Part shown: one piece after another, positions 47,758-57,211 of the stretch | Layout: each line of letters opens with the position of its first letter | How positions within the stretch are numbered: the stretch's first letter is position 1 | NCBI GenBank assembly: GCA_963840645.1 | Contig: CAWIZL010000004.1 | Location: forward strand, 395,470-459,469 | Source: Candidatus Doudnabacteria bacterium | GTDB lineage: Bacteria > Patescibacteriota > Doudnabacteria > UBA920 > VMFF01 | Length of the DNA: 64,000 bases | Direction of reading: 5' to 3' | Position numbers and translations under genes: made by a program | Notes under the pieces: model-generated | Databases searched by the model: none | Told to the model about the DNA's origin: nothing | Seen by the model: only the letters and a program-made list of their open reading frames with translations

Positions 47758-47832
47758 TGGAGCGGGTAGCGGGAGTCGGACCCGCGTCATCAGTTTGGAA
47801 AACTGAGATAATAGCCGTTATACGATACCCGC
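47758..47832 (-). tRNA. tRNA-Gly(TCC)
   Basis: GCGGGTATCGTATAACGGCTATTATCTCAGTTTTCCAAACTGATGACGCGGGTCCGACTCCCGCTACCCGCTCCA. Close to my recollection of E. coli glyT. The T loop TCCGACT is slightly atypical. Confidence 0.88.
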
Positions 47833-48014
47833 ACGTCTTTGACCTAAATTATAGCATAGCGTAATTGCGCAACGGTTACAGCAACTGGATGGCATCAAAA
47901 ATCCGCCATGCTAGCGGGTCTTTGGTAAAAAATAGTTTGGTCGGCACGGTCGCTCGGCTTCGCCTCGCTGTGCACTCCCTATGAGAACGTTGCCTTCAGC
48001 AACATTAATTAGTG

Positions 48015-48091
48015 TGGTCGGGAATCCGGGACTCGAACCCGGAACCTCTCGCTCCCAAAGCGAGCGCTCTAGCCAATTGAGCCAATTCCCG
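48015..48091 (-). tRNA. tRNA-Pro(TGG)
   Basis: CGGGAAT TG GCTC AATTGGCTA GAGC G CTCGC TTTGGGA GCGAG AGGTT CCGGG TTCGAGT CCCGG ATTCCCG A CCA. Confidence 0.92.
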
Positions 48092-48114
48092 ATGTGGATG
48101 AAAAAATAAACTTT

Positions 48115-48396
48115 CTACTTGCCGCGAACGGCTTCTTTGAGGTTCTTGCCTGCCCTGAACTTTGGAACTTTTGTTGCGGCAATTTGAATGCGCTCAGTTG
48201 GCTTCTGTGGGTTCACGCCCTCGCGCGCTGCTCTGTTGCTCACAGAAAACTGGCCGAAGCCTGAGATGTTCACCTCGTCACCTTTCTTGAGTGCCTCTGT
48301 GACAATGTCAACAAACGTGTTCAGAACTTTTTCTGCCTCAGACTTTGCAACGCCCAAACGGTTTGCCAAAGTTTCAATGAGATCGCTTTTGTTCAT
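48115..48396 (-). CDS. hup: DNA-binding protein HU
   Basis: MNKSDLIETLANRLGVAKSEAEKVLNTFVDIVTEALKKGDEVNISGFGQFSVSNRAAREGVNPQ... Confidence 0.92.
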   Translation of the reverse strand: MNKSDLIETLANRLGVAKSEAEKVLNTFVDIVTEALKKGDEVNISGFGQFSVSNRAAREGVNPQKPTERIQIAATKVPKFRAGKNLKEAVRGK

Positions 48397-48478
48397 GCAT
48401 TTTATCTTACGGAGCACGGGAGCAAGCCCCCCAAGTGCTCCGTAAGTATAGAACAGAACGATGAATCTGGCAATAAAG

Positions 48479-49288
48479 CTACATGCTGGTCAAAATTCTC
48501 TTCACGCTGACGAGAATTCCCATGAAGCTGCTGCCGAGCACGCTTCCGAGACCGAGCGTTGGGTTAACGTTGCTCGGCTCTGTTGCTGTTGCAGTGATAG
48601 CCTGCTGCTGTGCTGGCGCTGCTGCCAATGAAGGCTGTGGCTGTGGAGCCTGAACTGCCTGGGGCGTGAATCCAAGTCCAGGGTCAGTTGACCAATCTGA
48701 AGATGGGTCTGAAGGCTGCACTACAGTCACAGATGGAGAGCTTCCGCGTGGCAAACCCGTTGCAATCGACACAGCGGGCGAAACTGCTGCTGGCTGTGTA
48801 GACGTAGCACCAGCTGGTGCTTTCACCTTTTTAGGTTTCGTGACCTTCGGGGCTTTAGAAGCCTTTGGCACTGCAACCTTCTTCACCTTTGGGACTTTAA
48901 CCTTTGCTATACCCAGAGGCGCGCTCGCAACCACAACTGACTGCGTTGCATCCTGCGTGGCATCCACTGTGGTTGTACCACCGCCAGCTGCTGGAGCCAC
49001 TTTTTTAGTCACCTTCTTGGACGTTGACGTTGTAGACGAAGCTGCTTTCTTTGGCGTAGCCGGCTTTGTTGCCTTCGTTTTTTTAACCTTCGTGGTTTTT
49101 TTCTTTGCTGTTGTCGTTTTCTTTGCTACCTTAGCTGTCTTCTTCACAGCGGTGGATGCCTTTGTCACTGTCTTCGTCCCATGCTCCGGGGACTTTGCCA
49201 TTGCGAGCGGGGCGCTAGTAAGTAGGAGGCTCACAGCCAGAAAACCTGATGCAACAACCTTCGCAACTTTCTGTTTTCCAATGTTCAT
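48479..49288 (-). CDS. secreted Lys/Thr/Ala/Pro-rich low-complexity protein
   Basis: Signal peptide MNIGKQKVAKVVASGFLAVSLLLTSAPLAMA, then KKTTKVKK-type repeats. Confidence 0.6.
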   Translation of the reverse strand: MNIGKQKVAKVVASGFLAVSLLLTSAPLAMAKSPEHGTKTVTKASTAVKKTAKVAKKTTTAKKKTTKVKKTKATKPATPKKAASSTTSTSKKVTKKVAPAAGGGTTTVDATQDATQSVVVASAPLGIAKVKVPKVKKVAVPKASKAPKVTKPKKVKAPAGATSTQPAAVSPAVSIATGLPRGSSPSVTVVQPSDPSSDWSTDPGLGFTPQAVQAPQPQPSLAAAPAQQQAITATATEPSNVNPTLGLGSVLGSSFMGILVSVKRILTSM

Positions 49289-49367
49289 GTGTTTTGGCTT
49301 TACTTAATTAGCCAAAAGAAAAACCTTCTTCTGGAGAAGGTTGCGCAAACAGACAAACCAGGACGAG

Positions 49368-49841
49368 CTAGCTTTCACCTGGCACGGACATGTCATCATC
49401 GGCAACGGCAATCTCTGGCAACGTCTCAGCTGGGTACATTTTCTTGAAGAGCGTGCCGAGTACGCCGTTCACGAACTTACCAGAAGAGCTTCCGCCGAAC
49501 GTCTTGCCGAGCTCAACAGCTTCGTTTATCGCCACCTTTGGTGGAACTTCTTTCGCGTACATGAGCTCAAAAATTCCGAGCCGAAGAATGTTCCTGTCAA
49601 TGACGGTGATCTGGTCCATTGGCCACTCTGGAGCAGTTTCGAGTATTGTCTCGTTGATCTTCTCCAAGTTGTCGCGGACACCGTTCAAGAGCGTGTGAAT
49701 GAAAGTCGCATCGTCAATCCCAGGTGCAAACTGCTCAATGTTGTTCTTCACGAGCTCGTCTAAGCTGTCCTTCATGCCATTGAAGTCCCATTCGTAGAGG
49801 GTCTGCATTGCAACAGTTCTGGACAGGTGACGGTTTGCCAT
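49368..49841 (-). CDS. nusB: transcription antitermination factor NusB
   Basis: [20 protein letters not shown]...[14 protein letters not shown].... Confidence 0.85.
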   Translation of the reverse strand: MANRHLSRTVAMQTLYEWDFNGMKDSLDELVKNNIEQFAPGIDDATFIHTLLNGVRDNLEKINETILETAPEWPMDQITVIDRNILRLGIFELMYAKEVPPKVAINEAVELGKTFGGSSSGKFVNGVLGTLFKKMYPAETLPEIAVADDDMSVPGES

Positions 49842-49863
49842 CTCTGGTAACTTAAGCTACGTG

Positions 49864-50040
49864 CTACTTTGCAGTCTTGACCTGACGACCTCTGTAGTAG
49901 CCGCAGGCTTTGCAAACTTCGTGCGGCCTGACAGCAGCACCACAGTGCGAACAAACAGCAAGGCTCTTTGGGTTGAGGTGATCGTGCGCGCGTCTCTGGT
50001 TCCGACCTGACTTTGTCTTGTGCTTCTTTGGGACTGCCAT
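49864..50040 (-). CDS. rpmF: 50S ribosomal protein L32
   Basis: MAVPKKHKTKSGRNQRRAHDHL...CSHCG...CKACGYY. Confidence 0.9.
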   Translation of the reverse strand: MAVPKKHKTKSGRNQRRAHDHLNPKSLAVCSHCGAAVRPHEVCKACGYYRGRQVKTAK

Positions 50041-50393
50041 TGCTTTGTTGCTTGTATAAATTCTTAGTGCTACCTGCGAATTGTATAACAAAACAGCTTG
50101 GCTGTCAAAAAGATTGGTGAAAGCGTTGCATTGCCCACTCGTTTGTTGCAACCTTCCACCTGTTTATACTCGACGTCTATTAACAAGCCATTAATAAAGC
50201 ATTAAAAAAGACCTGTCAGATAGAGTCAATTAAATAATTACTCTCTGACTGGTCTTTTTGTGAGGCCTCGATGCTTTTTCAAGACTTCAAAACATATTAC
50301 ACTATAACTATCTTTTTGTCAAGTAATATGCCCCAATGCATAGATTTATTGGTAAATAACTGCTATAGTTGAATGAATCTGACGGAGGTCACG

Positions 50394-51194
50394 ATGAAAA
50401 CTTTAGTTCTAGACGGTGGCGGCCAACTTGGTTGCTTCACCTGGGGAATTTTGATCGAGCTGCACTTGCGCGGCTTGCGCCCTGAATACTTTGACACTTA
50501 CATTGCAACATCTGCTGGGGTATTCAATGCTTCATACTTTGCAACCAAACAGATAGGTGAGGGTACCCGAATTTGGACACAACACCTCCCGCAGGGGTTC
50601 TGGAAGTGGAATAAGAACGACATGGCCTACCTTGAACGGGTGCTACGGAAAATTGAACCATTGCACCATGGTCTGCTCGAGCATTGTTCTCCAACAATCT
50701 ACGCTGCACTCACGAATCCTAAAACCCTTACCTCAGAGTTGATCTGTCTGAATACTGCAAAAGATAGAGTTGGGGTGATGCTGGCATCTGCTGCGATGCC
50801 ATTCCTGACTGGTCCACGAACTATTGATGGCAAGGAATACTACGATGCAGGGCTGGTATCTCAACCACCCATCGAACACGCACAGCTAAACTCTGGGTCA
50901 GAGACTTGGGTTTTATTGACAACCCCGCACGGCTACCGCGCAGGTAGTGCTGCGTGGAAAATGATGAGTGCTTGCGCACTACACAACAAAAAAGTGCGCG
51001 CGCTCTTGAAAAATTGCCCGGCCCACAGAAACAGGGCGCTTCAAGCAGTGGAATCAAACCTCAACCTCAAGGTTATTCGACCAGAAACAAAGCTACCAAT
51101 CCACTGGAGGTCGAACAATCTAAGCGGAATTGCCAGAACCTTCGAGCTGGGCAGAGAAGCTGGACAACGCTTTGCCAAAGAACAAAAGTGGTAG
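50394..51194 (+). CDS. patatin-like phospholipase
   Basis: DGGGQLG (oxyanion GGG), GxSxG-type nucleophile elbow as ATSAG (Ala for the first Gly), and the catalytic Asp in DAG. SD GGAGG. Confidence 0.85.
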   Translation: MKTLVLDGGGQLGCFTWGILIELHLRGLRPEYFDTYIATSAGVFNASYFATKQIGEGTRIWTQHLPQGFWKWNKNDMAYLERVLRKIEPLHHGLLEHCSPTIYAALTNPKTLTSELICLNTAKDRVGVMLASAAMPFLTGPRTIDGKEYYDAGLVSQPPIEHAQLNSGSETWVLLTTPHGYRAGSAAWKMMSACALHNKKVRALLKNCPAHRNRALQAVESNLNLKVIRPETKLPIHWRSNNLSGIARTFELGREAGQRFAKEQKW

Positions 51195-51405
51195 TACAGA
51201 AACACCTCGGGCGTGTATCCATCGTTTCATCGGATGCACGCTCATTTTAACCTGTGGATTTCCAGTTGATAAAAATCATCACGAGATTAAATTTCTGACG
51301 ATCTTTCTTTCAAACATTCTCTTTCCACATTAAATTTGCACTTCAAAAATTACGGGTGTACTATCCCATTACGGCGCGAGTCGTTCAATTAACAAAAGGA
51401 GTTAG

Positions 51406-51888
51406 ATGGCGGAGATAAATAGTTTTGAAACCCTGGCAACTTACTTAAATGAGAAGTTTGATGCAATCGATAAAAGCTTTGCTGCAATTAACGAGCAATT
51501 CATTGCAATTGACCAGAGGTTCAATGCAATGGATTGTAGATTTGACGCGATGGACCAACGGTTTGACGCCATGGACCAACGGTTTGACGCCATGGACCAA
51601 CGGTTTGACGCCATGAACCAACGGTTTGACGCCATGGATCAACGGTTCGACGCGATGGATCAACGGTTCGACGCGATGGATCAACGGATGAAGAAAGTAG
51701 AGACTGTTATTTCTGACATGCCTACAAAGCTGTACGTCAGTGAAAAACTTATTGAAACCGAGGTTAACATAGCGAACTCGGTGAAAGTAGTTCAAAGAAA
51801 ACATGATCGCCTCGTGGATATACTGCAGACAGACAAGGCAATCACCGAAGAACACCACAAAGAGATCCGCGGCATTCCTGCATTCTAA
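51406..51888 (+). CDS. heptad tandem-repeat protein
   Basis: About 10 consecutive (M/I)DQRF(D/N)A heptads. Confidence 0.6.
   Translation: MAEINSFETLATYLNEKFDAIDKSFAAINEQFIAIDQRFNAMDCRFDAMDQRFDAMDQRFDAMDQRFDAMNQRFDAMDQRFDAMDQRFDAMDQRMKKVETVISDMPTKLYVSEKLIETEVNIANSVKVVQRKHDRLVDILQTDKAITEEHHKEIRGIPAF
51466..51690 (+). repeat. 21-bp in-frame tandem repeat array
   Basis: The unit atggaccaacggtttgacgcc is repeated head to tail. Eight near-identical units lie at 51508-51675, with degenerate flanking units. Confidence 0.9.
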
Positions 51889-52008
51889 TCGGTTGCTAAT
51901 AGGAAAGCGCGAGCCTTCACGGTTCGCGCTTTTCGTTTCTGCTACCTTTTCTTTCTGGGTTCTTGCTTTCTGGGAAGCGAACAGTGCCAGTTTGCAGCAC
52001 CTGAGCTT

Positions 52009-53679
52009 CTAGTAGTCCATTCCCATTCCGCCCATGCCACCCATTCCTGCTCCGCCTGGCATTGGCTTCTTGTCTTCAGGAGCATCAACCACAATTGCCT
52101 CTACGGTGACGAGGGTTGAGGCTATAGACGTGGCATTCTCCAGCGCCATGCGCGTGACCTTCACTGGGTCAACAATGCCGTGCTCAAACATGTCTGCCTT
52201 GCCTGCCATCCAGTTTCCCTCTTCGTACTTTGCAAAGTCGTAGCCAAACTGCGACTCAGTGGACTGCACGTAAGAGATAATGCCAGATGGCTCAACACCT
52301 GTGTTCTCGGCAATCTGCCGCAGCGGTGCCTCTAAAGCACGGCGCACTATCATCACACCAGCTCGCTCGTTCGAGCTGACACTAGCTGCAAAGCTATCGA
52401 GCTTTGGCGCAATCTTTGCCAACGCGGTACCACCACCTGCAACAATGCCCTCTTCAACAGCAGCTTTCGTTGCATTGAGCGCATCTTCAATTTTAAACTT
52501 CTTAGCTTTCATTTCAGTCTCAGTGAAAGCGCCAACCTTTATGACGCCAACGCCACCAGACAAGCGAGCCAAGCGCTCCATGAGCTTCTCACGGTCAAAA
52601 TCAGACTTTGTCTCTTTAATTTCAAGGCGAATCTGGCTAATGCGGTCATCAACAACCTGCTTGTCGCCGCGGCCATCTACTATTGTCGTGTGCTCTTTTG
52701 TGGCAATCACCTTACGTGCGTGCCCGAGCTGGTCAAGCTCTGTCTTGTCGAGCTTGAGGCCAAACTCTTCTGTGATGTACGTGCCACCACTCAACACTGC
52801 AATATCCTGCAACATTTCCTTGCGACGGTCGCCAAACCCAGGAGCTTTCACAGCCAGCACGCTGAACGTGCCGCGCATCTTGTTCACCACAAACGTTGTC
52901 AGGGCTTCACCCTCAACGTCATCTGCAATGATGACCATTTCCTTTTTGCCAGACTGCACCACTTTCTCGAGCAGCGGCAGAATATCCTGGATTGAAGAGA
53001 TCTTTTTGTCTGTAATTAAAATGTACGGATCTTCCCACACTGCTTCCATGCGCTCTGCGTTTGTGACCATGTACGCTGACACAAAACCGCGGTCAAAGCG
53101 CATGCCGCGCACGACTTCTTTTTCCAGGCCGATTTTTTGACCCTCTTCAACAGTGATCACACCATCAGCGCCAACTTCTTCCATTGCCTCTGCAATGTAC
53201 GCCCCGACCTGTGCATCGAGCGACGCAATTGTTGCCACTTGCTCGCGCTCAGCTTTTGTCTTCACCTGCTTGCTCACGCTCTTCAGCTCCTTGACGACAA
53301 ACTCAACAGCCTTGTCCATGCCGCGCTTAATGTCATTTGCCTTTGAAGAGCTCATGGCGACGAGCTGGAAAGCCTCTTCAATCATTTTCTGGGCAATCAC
53401 AGTGGCTGTTGTGGTGCCATCGCCAACGTTCTCGTTCGTCTTGTTTGCAACCTCCTTGATGAGAGATGCGCCAATGTTCTCGAACTTATCTTCAAGTTCA
53501 ATTTCCTTGGCCACTGTCACACCGTCATCGGTGATTGTTGGGCTGCCGTAGCCTCTGTCAATTACAACCGTGCGGCCAGTGGGTCCCAGCGTGACGCGAA
53601 CAGCGTTCGCCGATTTATCGACACCTGCCTTGATAGCCTTCTTTGCCTCGTACCCAAACTTTACATCTTTTGCTGCCAT
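52009..53679 (-). CDS. groL: chaperonin GroEL
   Basis: MAAKDVKFGYEAKKAIKAGVDKSANAVRVTLGPTGR...GGMGGMGMDY. Confidence 0.97.
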   Translation of the reverse strand: MAAKDVKFGYEAKKAIKAGVDKSANAVRVTLGPTGRTVVIDRGYGSPTITDDGVTVAKEIELEDKFENIGASLIKEVANKTNENVGDGTTTATVIAQKMIEEAFQLVAMSSSKANDIKRGMDKAVEFVVKELKSVSKQVKTKAEREQVATIASLDAQVGAYIAEAMEEVGADGVITVEEGQKIGLEKEVVRGMRFDRGFVSAYMVTNAERMEAVWEDPYILITDKKISSIQDILPLLEKVVQSGKKEMVIIADDVEGEALTTFVVNKMRGTFSVLAVKAPGFGDRRKEMLQDIAVLSGGTYITEEFGLKLDKTELDQLGHARKVIATKEHTTIVDGRGDKQVVDDRISQIRLEIKETKSDFDREKLMERLARLSGGVGVIKVGAFTETEMKAKKFKIEDALNATKAAVEEGIVAGGGTALAKIAPKLDSFAASVSSNERAGVMIVRRALEAPLRQIAENTGVEPSGIISYVQSTESQFGYDFAKYEEGNWMAGKADMFEHGIVDPVKVTRMALENATSIASTLVTVEAIVVDAPEDKKPMPGGAGMGGMGGMGMDY

Positions 53680-53698
53680 AGTTTAAAATTTCCAGTTA

Positions 53699-53995
53699 CT
53701 AGTCTACGAACATTGCCAGCACGTCGCTCTCGTCTTTCTCTTTGCTGACGTTCAAAATTTTGTACTCTTCGCCGTCTACCTCAACCTCATCGCCAGAGTA
53801 CTTGCCGAACACCACTGTGTCACCCTCTTTGAGGCCAAGCGACTTGATAGACTCGCCACTGCCGAGCGCCACTATTTTGCCCTGTGCCTTTTTTTCTTTC
53901 TCTGCGTTTGATGGCAAGACAATGCCAGACTTTGTGACCTCTTCTTCTTTCAGAGGCTTGACGAGGATGCGATCTCCGATTGGCTTTACTTTCAT
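53699..53995 (-). CDS. groS: co-chaperonin GroES
   Basis: MKVKPIGDRILVKPLKEEEVTKSGIVLP.... Confidence 0.95.
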   Translation of the reverse strand: MKVKPIGDRILVKPLKEEEVTKSGIVLPSNAEKEKKAQGKIVALGSGESIKSLGLKEGDTVVFGKYSGDEVEVDGEEYKILNVSKEKDESDVLAMFVD

Positions 53996-54021
53996 GTTGC
54001 GTGTTGGTTAATGCTGTTGGG

Positions 54022-54048
54022 TTAGCAATCTAGTGTTGAGAGTGCTAA
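54022..54048. promoter_or_regulatory. CIRCE operator (HrcA binding site)
   Basis: TTAGCAATC-N9-GAGTGCTAA against the consensus TTAGCACTC-N9-GAGTGCTAA. Located in the groES 5' UTR. Confidence 0.8.
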
Positions 54049-54063
54049 TTCATGTGCACAGGT

Positions 54064-54091
54064 ATTATATACAAAAAAAACGCTCCGTCAA
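54064..54091 (-). promoter_or_regulatory. groESL promoter
   Basis: Minus strand reads TTGACG, 16 nt, TATAAT. Confidence 0.65.
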
Positions 54092-54145
54092 GCGTTGTGG
54101 GTACAGGTATGGGCGGGATCGAAATCCCGCCCATACGCGTCTGGC

Positions 54146-54343
54146 CTAGTCGGGTGCAAGGATACAGAGCTTTGCAGGCTCTGCTGACTTCTGGCCGTTC
54201 CAGTAAACTGTTGGCAACGTGTGGGCAAGGCGCACTCCATGGGTACCTGCCAGCGAGCCATCCAACGCAGCGAACGCCACGTGGCCAAACTGTTCTTCAG
54301 TCTCCTCCAAAATTCTGCTGACGATTTTCCCTAAAGTGCTCAT
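54146..54343 (-). CDS. small hypothetical protein
   Basis: 65 aa, SD GGAGA. Hairpin tatgggcgggat..atcccgcccata downstream. Confidence 0.35.
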   Translation of the reverse strand: MSTLGKIVSRILEETEEQFGHVAFAALDGSLAGTHGVRLAHTLPTVYWNGQKSAEPAKLCILAPD

Positions 54344-54402
54344 TTTTCTCCAGCCTGATTAGAAACCAAGCTTAAACATTGTATGACAGATTCACTATTT
54401 TG

Positions 54403-55269
54403 TCAACCTTGCGAGTATTTGCTGGCCTTTGCTGCCTGGATGGAACGATAGCTCATCTGGCAGCACTGTGATGTAATCCTGTACTTTAATGCGGCGGCCT
54501 GGAGTCTGCCAACAGCTGCATCGAGCCAGTCACCAAAACGGTTTGCGAAAATAGACTCTACGCCACGTGCAATTTTGCTGGAACCTTGTGTTTTGTACTC
54601 CACCACGTACGGCTGCTGCAGGTACTCTGAAATCCATCCCAAATTTTGGCGCTGGAACTCGTAAGTTGCGCCACCACCAAAGTACGGGATGAGCGAGGTG
54701 TACTCAACTGCTGTGTACACGTTGTGGTCAGAGCCCAGGCAGTGGCTGCCGGCAACGTAGTGGTTGAGGCAGAACCTGTCTGCAACGTGCACGCCGTGGC
54801 GTCGCAGGCCAGTGAGCTGAAAGTAGACCGTGATCGCCAGTCGGCCAAGCCACATCCTGCGCGGCTGCGTGATGATGAAGAGGTCAATGTCACTGCCGTG
54901 CTTCGAGTTTGCCAAGGCCTCAGAGCCGGTTAAAGCTACGGCTTCTATGAATGGAACGTGCCGCACGTGCCGAAGGTACCTGCTCGCGCGCTTCAACCGT
55001 GGCGTTGCGTAAAAATTGTTCCTGAGGCGTTGGGCAACAAGGCTAGAGCGCCCAGTCAAAAAATAGAAGCCGTTCAAGGTTTCAACCGTACCAGCAAGTT
55101 CACCGCTGAGCACTGCCAAAACCTCACCAATGGTTGCGCTGGCCTGTCCAGCTAGCAGGTACTTCCAAACCTCGAGCAGCGTAACGGGGTGGTCCTGCAC
55201 GTCAAAGTAGCGCACTGTTGCCAGCACCTGTTCCTGCAAACTCGCCGGGCCTTTTCCAGTCTCTGCCAT
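54403..55269 (-). CDS. nucleotidyltransferase-domain-like hypothetical protein
   Basis: 288 aa. ...LTGSEALANSKHGSDIDLFIIT resembles the GS...DxD motif of the pol-beta NTase fold. Confidence 0.5.
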   Translation of the reverse strand: MAETGKGPASLQEQVLATVRYFDVQDHPVTLLEVWKYLLAGQASATIGEVLAVLSGELAGTVETLNGFYFLTGRSSLVAQRLRNNFYATPRLKRASRYLRHVRHVPFIEAVALTGSEALANSKHGSDIDLFIITQPRRMWLGRLAITVYFQLTGLRRHGVHVADRFCLNHYVAGSHCLGSDHNVYTAVEYTSLIPYFGGGATYEFQRQNLGWISEYLQQPYVVEYKTQGSSKIARGVESIFANRFGDWLDAAVGRLQAAALKYRITSQCCQMSYRSIQAAKASKYSQG

Positions 55270-55308
55270 ACGCAGAGTTTACCACGGAACCAGTGGTATA
55301 CTACAGGC

Positions 55309-56808
55309 ATGGACTTTGAAACGTTCCTGAACAAAATTCCAGCCAAGTTCAGCGAGAAAGACCGCGAGATGTTGCGCCGCGCGTTTGACCTTGCACACGC
55401 TGCGCACGCGGGGCAGAAACGTTTCTCCGGCGAGCCGTACGTGACGCACCCAGTGGAAGCTGCGCTGATCCTGGGTTCTATTTTTCCAGACGCCACGACC
55501 GTGGCAGCAACGCTCCTGCACGATGTGCCAGAGGACACAGAGGTTACCATTCAAGAAATTCAAAAAGAGTTTGGGGACGAGGTTGCATCGCTCGTCGATG
55601 GCGTCACGAAGCTGGGCAAGGTGCGCCTGCGCAACAGCACGGACAAGTACTACGTTGAAAACCTCCGCAAGATGTTCGTGGCAACGTCAAAGGATACGCG
55701 CGTCATCCTCATCAAGCTCGCTGACCGCCTGCACAACCTGAGAACGTTTGAGTTCGTGAGGCCAGACAAGCAGGTGCGCATTGCGCAGGAGACGCTCGAA
55801 ATTTTTGCGCCGATTGCGAGCAGGCTCGGCATTGGAGACTGGAAGGACGAGCTGGAAGACCTCTCGTTCAAGGCAGTCTTGCCCAAAGAGTACGAGGAGA
55901 CAAAGGTGCTCCGCCACGAGGCGCTCGCCGGCCGCGAGGCTGCGAGCAAAATTTTGCAGAAGGAGCTGGCCACGGTGCTGCGCACAGAGGGACTGCGCTT
56001 TGAAGAAATAACCGGGCGCACGAAGCGCCTGTACTCGCTGTACAAGAAGCTGCAGAAGTACGGGGGTGACATGTCGCACGTCTACGACCTCATTGCGCTC
56101 CGCATCATCACAAAGTCAACGCAGGAGTGCTACGCAGCGCTCGGCGCTGTGCACGAGCACTTCCAGCCGCTGCCCGGCCGCGTGAAAGACTTCATTGCCC
56201 TGCCAAAGCCGAACGGGTACCGCTCGCTCCACACGACCGTGTTTGACCACGCTGGCAACGTGTTTGAAATTCAGATCCGCACACAGCAGATGCACGACCA
56301 GGCAGAGCGCGGGTACGCTGCGCACTGGGTGTACGATGAGCAGGGCAAGTTCGATGAGGTACCCCGAAGTCCTGACGTGGCAAGCGGAACTGCCTGGGTC
56401 AAAGACCTGCAGGCAATCCACGACCAGGTGCAGAATCCGGACGACTACCTCAATGCGCTGAAGATAGACTTCTTCCGTGACCGCATCTTCGTGCTCACCC
56501 CAAAGGGCGACGTGAAGGAACTGCCAGAGGGCGCAACGCCAATTGACTTTGCATTCTCGGTGCACACTGACCTGGGCCTGTACATGCAGGGTGCAAAGGT
56601 GAACGGCAGGATAGTGAAGCTCGACTACGCACTGCGGAGTGGCGAGGTCGTGGAGATCATTAAGAGCAAGAAGCCTGTTAACATTTCTGAGGACTGGCTG
56701 AAGCACGTGAAAACGTCGCACGCGCGCTCCAAGATTCGCCAGCACCTCATGGAGAGTGATGCTGGAATCTTCAACAAGTTAAAAAAATTAGTAACAAGGA
56801 AAAAATAG
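55309..56808 (+). CDS. RelA/SpoT family (p)ppGpp synthetase/hydrolase (short form; no ACT domain apparent)
   Basis: The HD region HAGQKRFSGEPYVTHP...LLHDVPEDT, the synthetase region, and a TGS-like C-terminus. Trimmed to MDFETFLNKIP. Confidence 0.9.
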   Translation: MDFETFLNKIPAKFSEKDREMLRRAFDLAHAAHAGQKRFSGEPYVTHPVEAALILGSIFPDATTVAATLLHDVPEDTEVTIQEIQKEFGDEVASLVDGVTKLGKVRLRNSTDKYYVENLRKMFVATSKDTRVILIKLADRLHNLRTFEFVRPDKQVRIAQETLEIFAPIASRLGIGDWKDELEDLSFKAVLPKEYEETKVLRHEALAGREAASKILQKELATVLRTEGLRFEEITGRTKRLYSLYKKLQKYGGDMSHVYDLIALRIITKSTQECYAALGAVHEHFQPLPGRVKDFIALPKPNGYRSLHTTVFDHAGNVFEIQIRTQQMHDQAERGYAAHWVYDEQGKFDEVPRSPDVASGTAWVKDLQAIHDQVQNPDDYLNALKIDFFRDRIFVLTPKGDVKELPEGATPIDFAFSVHTDLGLYMQGAKVNGRIVKLDYALRSGEVVEIIKSKKPVNISEDWLKHVKTSHARSKIRQHLMESDAGIFNKLKKLVTRKK

Positions 56809-56809
56809 T

Positions 56810-57208
56810 ATGGCAAACACACCCGTGGACATAGATGAAGAAGAGATTAAGAAAAAGTTAACACCAGAGCAGTACAAGATACTGCGCGAAAAAGGCACTG
56901 AGGCGCCGTTCTCAAGCCCTCTGCTAGAAGAGCACGGGCACGGCATGTTCACGTGCGCGGTGTGCGGCGCGCAGCTGTTTGCGTCTGGTGCAAAGTTCGA
57001 CTCTGGCACGGGCTGGCCGAGCTTTGACCAGGCGATACCTGGGGCTGTGGTGCTAAAAGATGACAACGAGTACGGCATGCGCCGCACAGAGGTGGCGTGT
57101 GCAAACTGTGGTTCTCACCTTGGCCACGTGTTCGATGATGGCCCAGCTAACACAACGGGCAAGCGCTTCTGCATCAATGGCGCGTGCCTGGTTATGAAAA
57201 AAGAATAG
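56810..57208 (+). CDS. msrB: peptide-methionine (R)-S-oxide reductase
   Basis: CAVCGAQLF...GWPSF...CANCGSHLGHVFDDGP. Confidence 0.9.
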   Translation: MANTPVDIDEEEIKKKLTPEQYKILREKGTEAPFSSPLLEEHGHGMFTCAVCGAQLFASGAKFDSGTGWPSFDQAIPGAVVLKDDNEYGMRRTEVACANCGSHLGHVFDDGPANTTGKRFCINGACLVMKKE

Positions 57209-57211
57209 CTG

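Noticed and set aside
51466-51690. Tandem repeats considered as a possible CRISPR array
   Set aside because: The units are contiguous with no spacers, 21 bp long, in frame within an ORF, and no cas genes are nearby.
52280-53140. 286-aa ORF antisense to groEL, and other ORFs within groEL
   Set aside because: GroEL is unambiguous on the minus strand.
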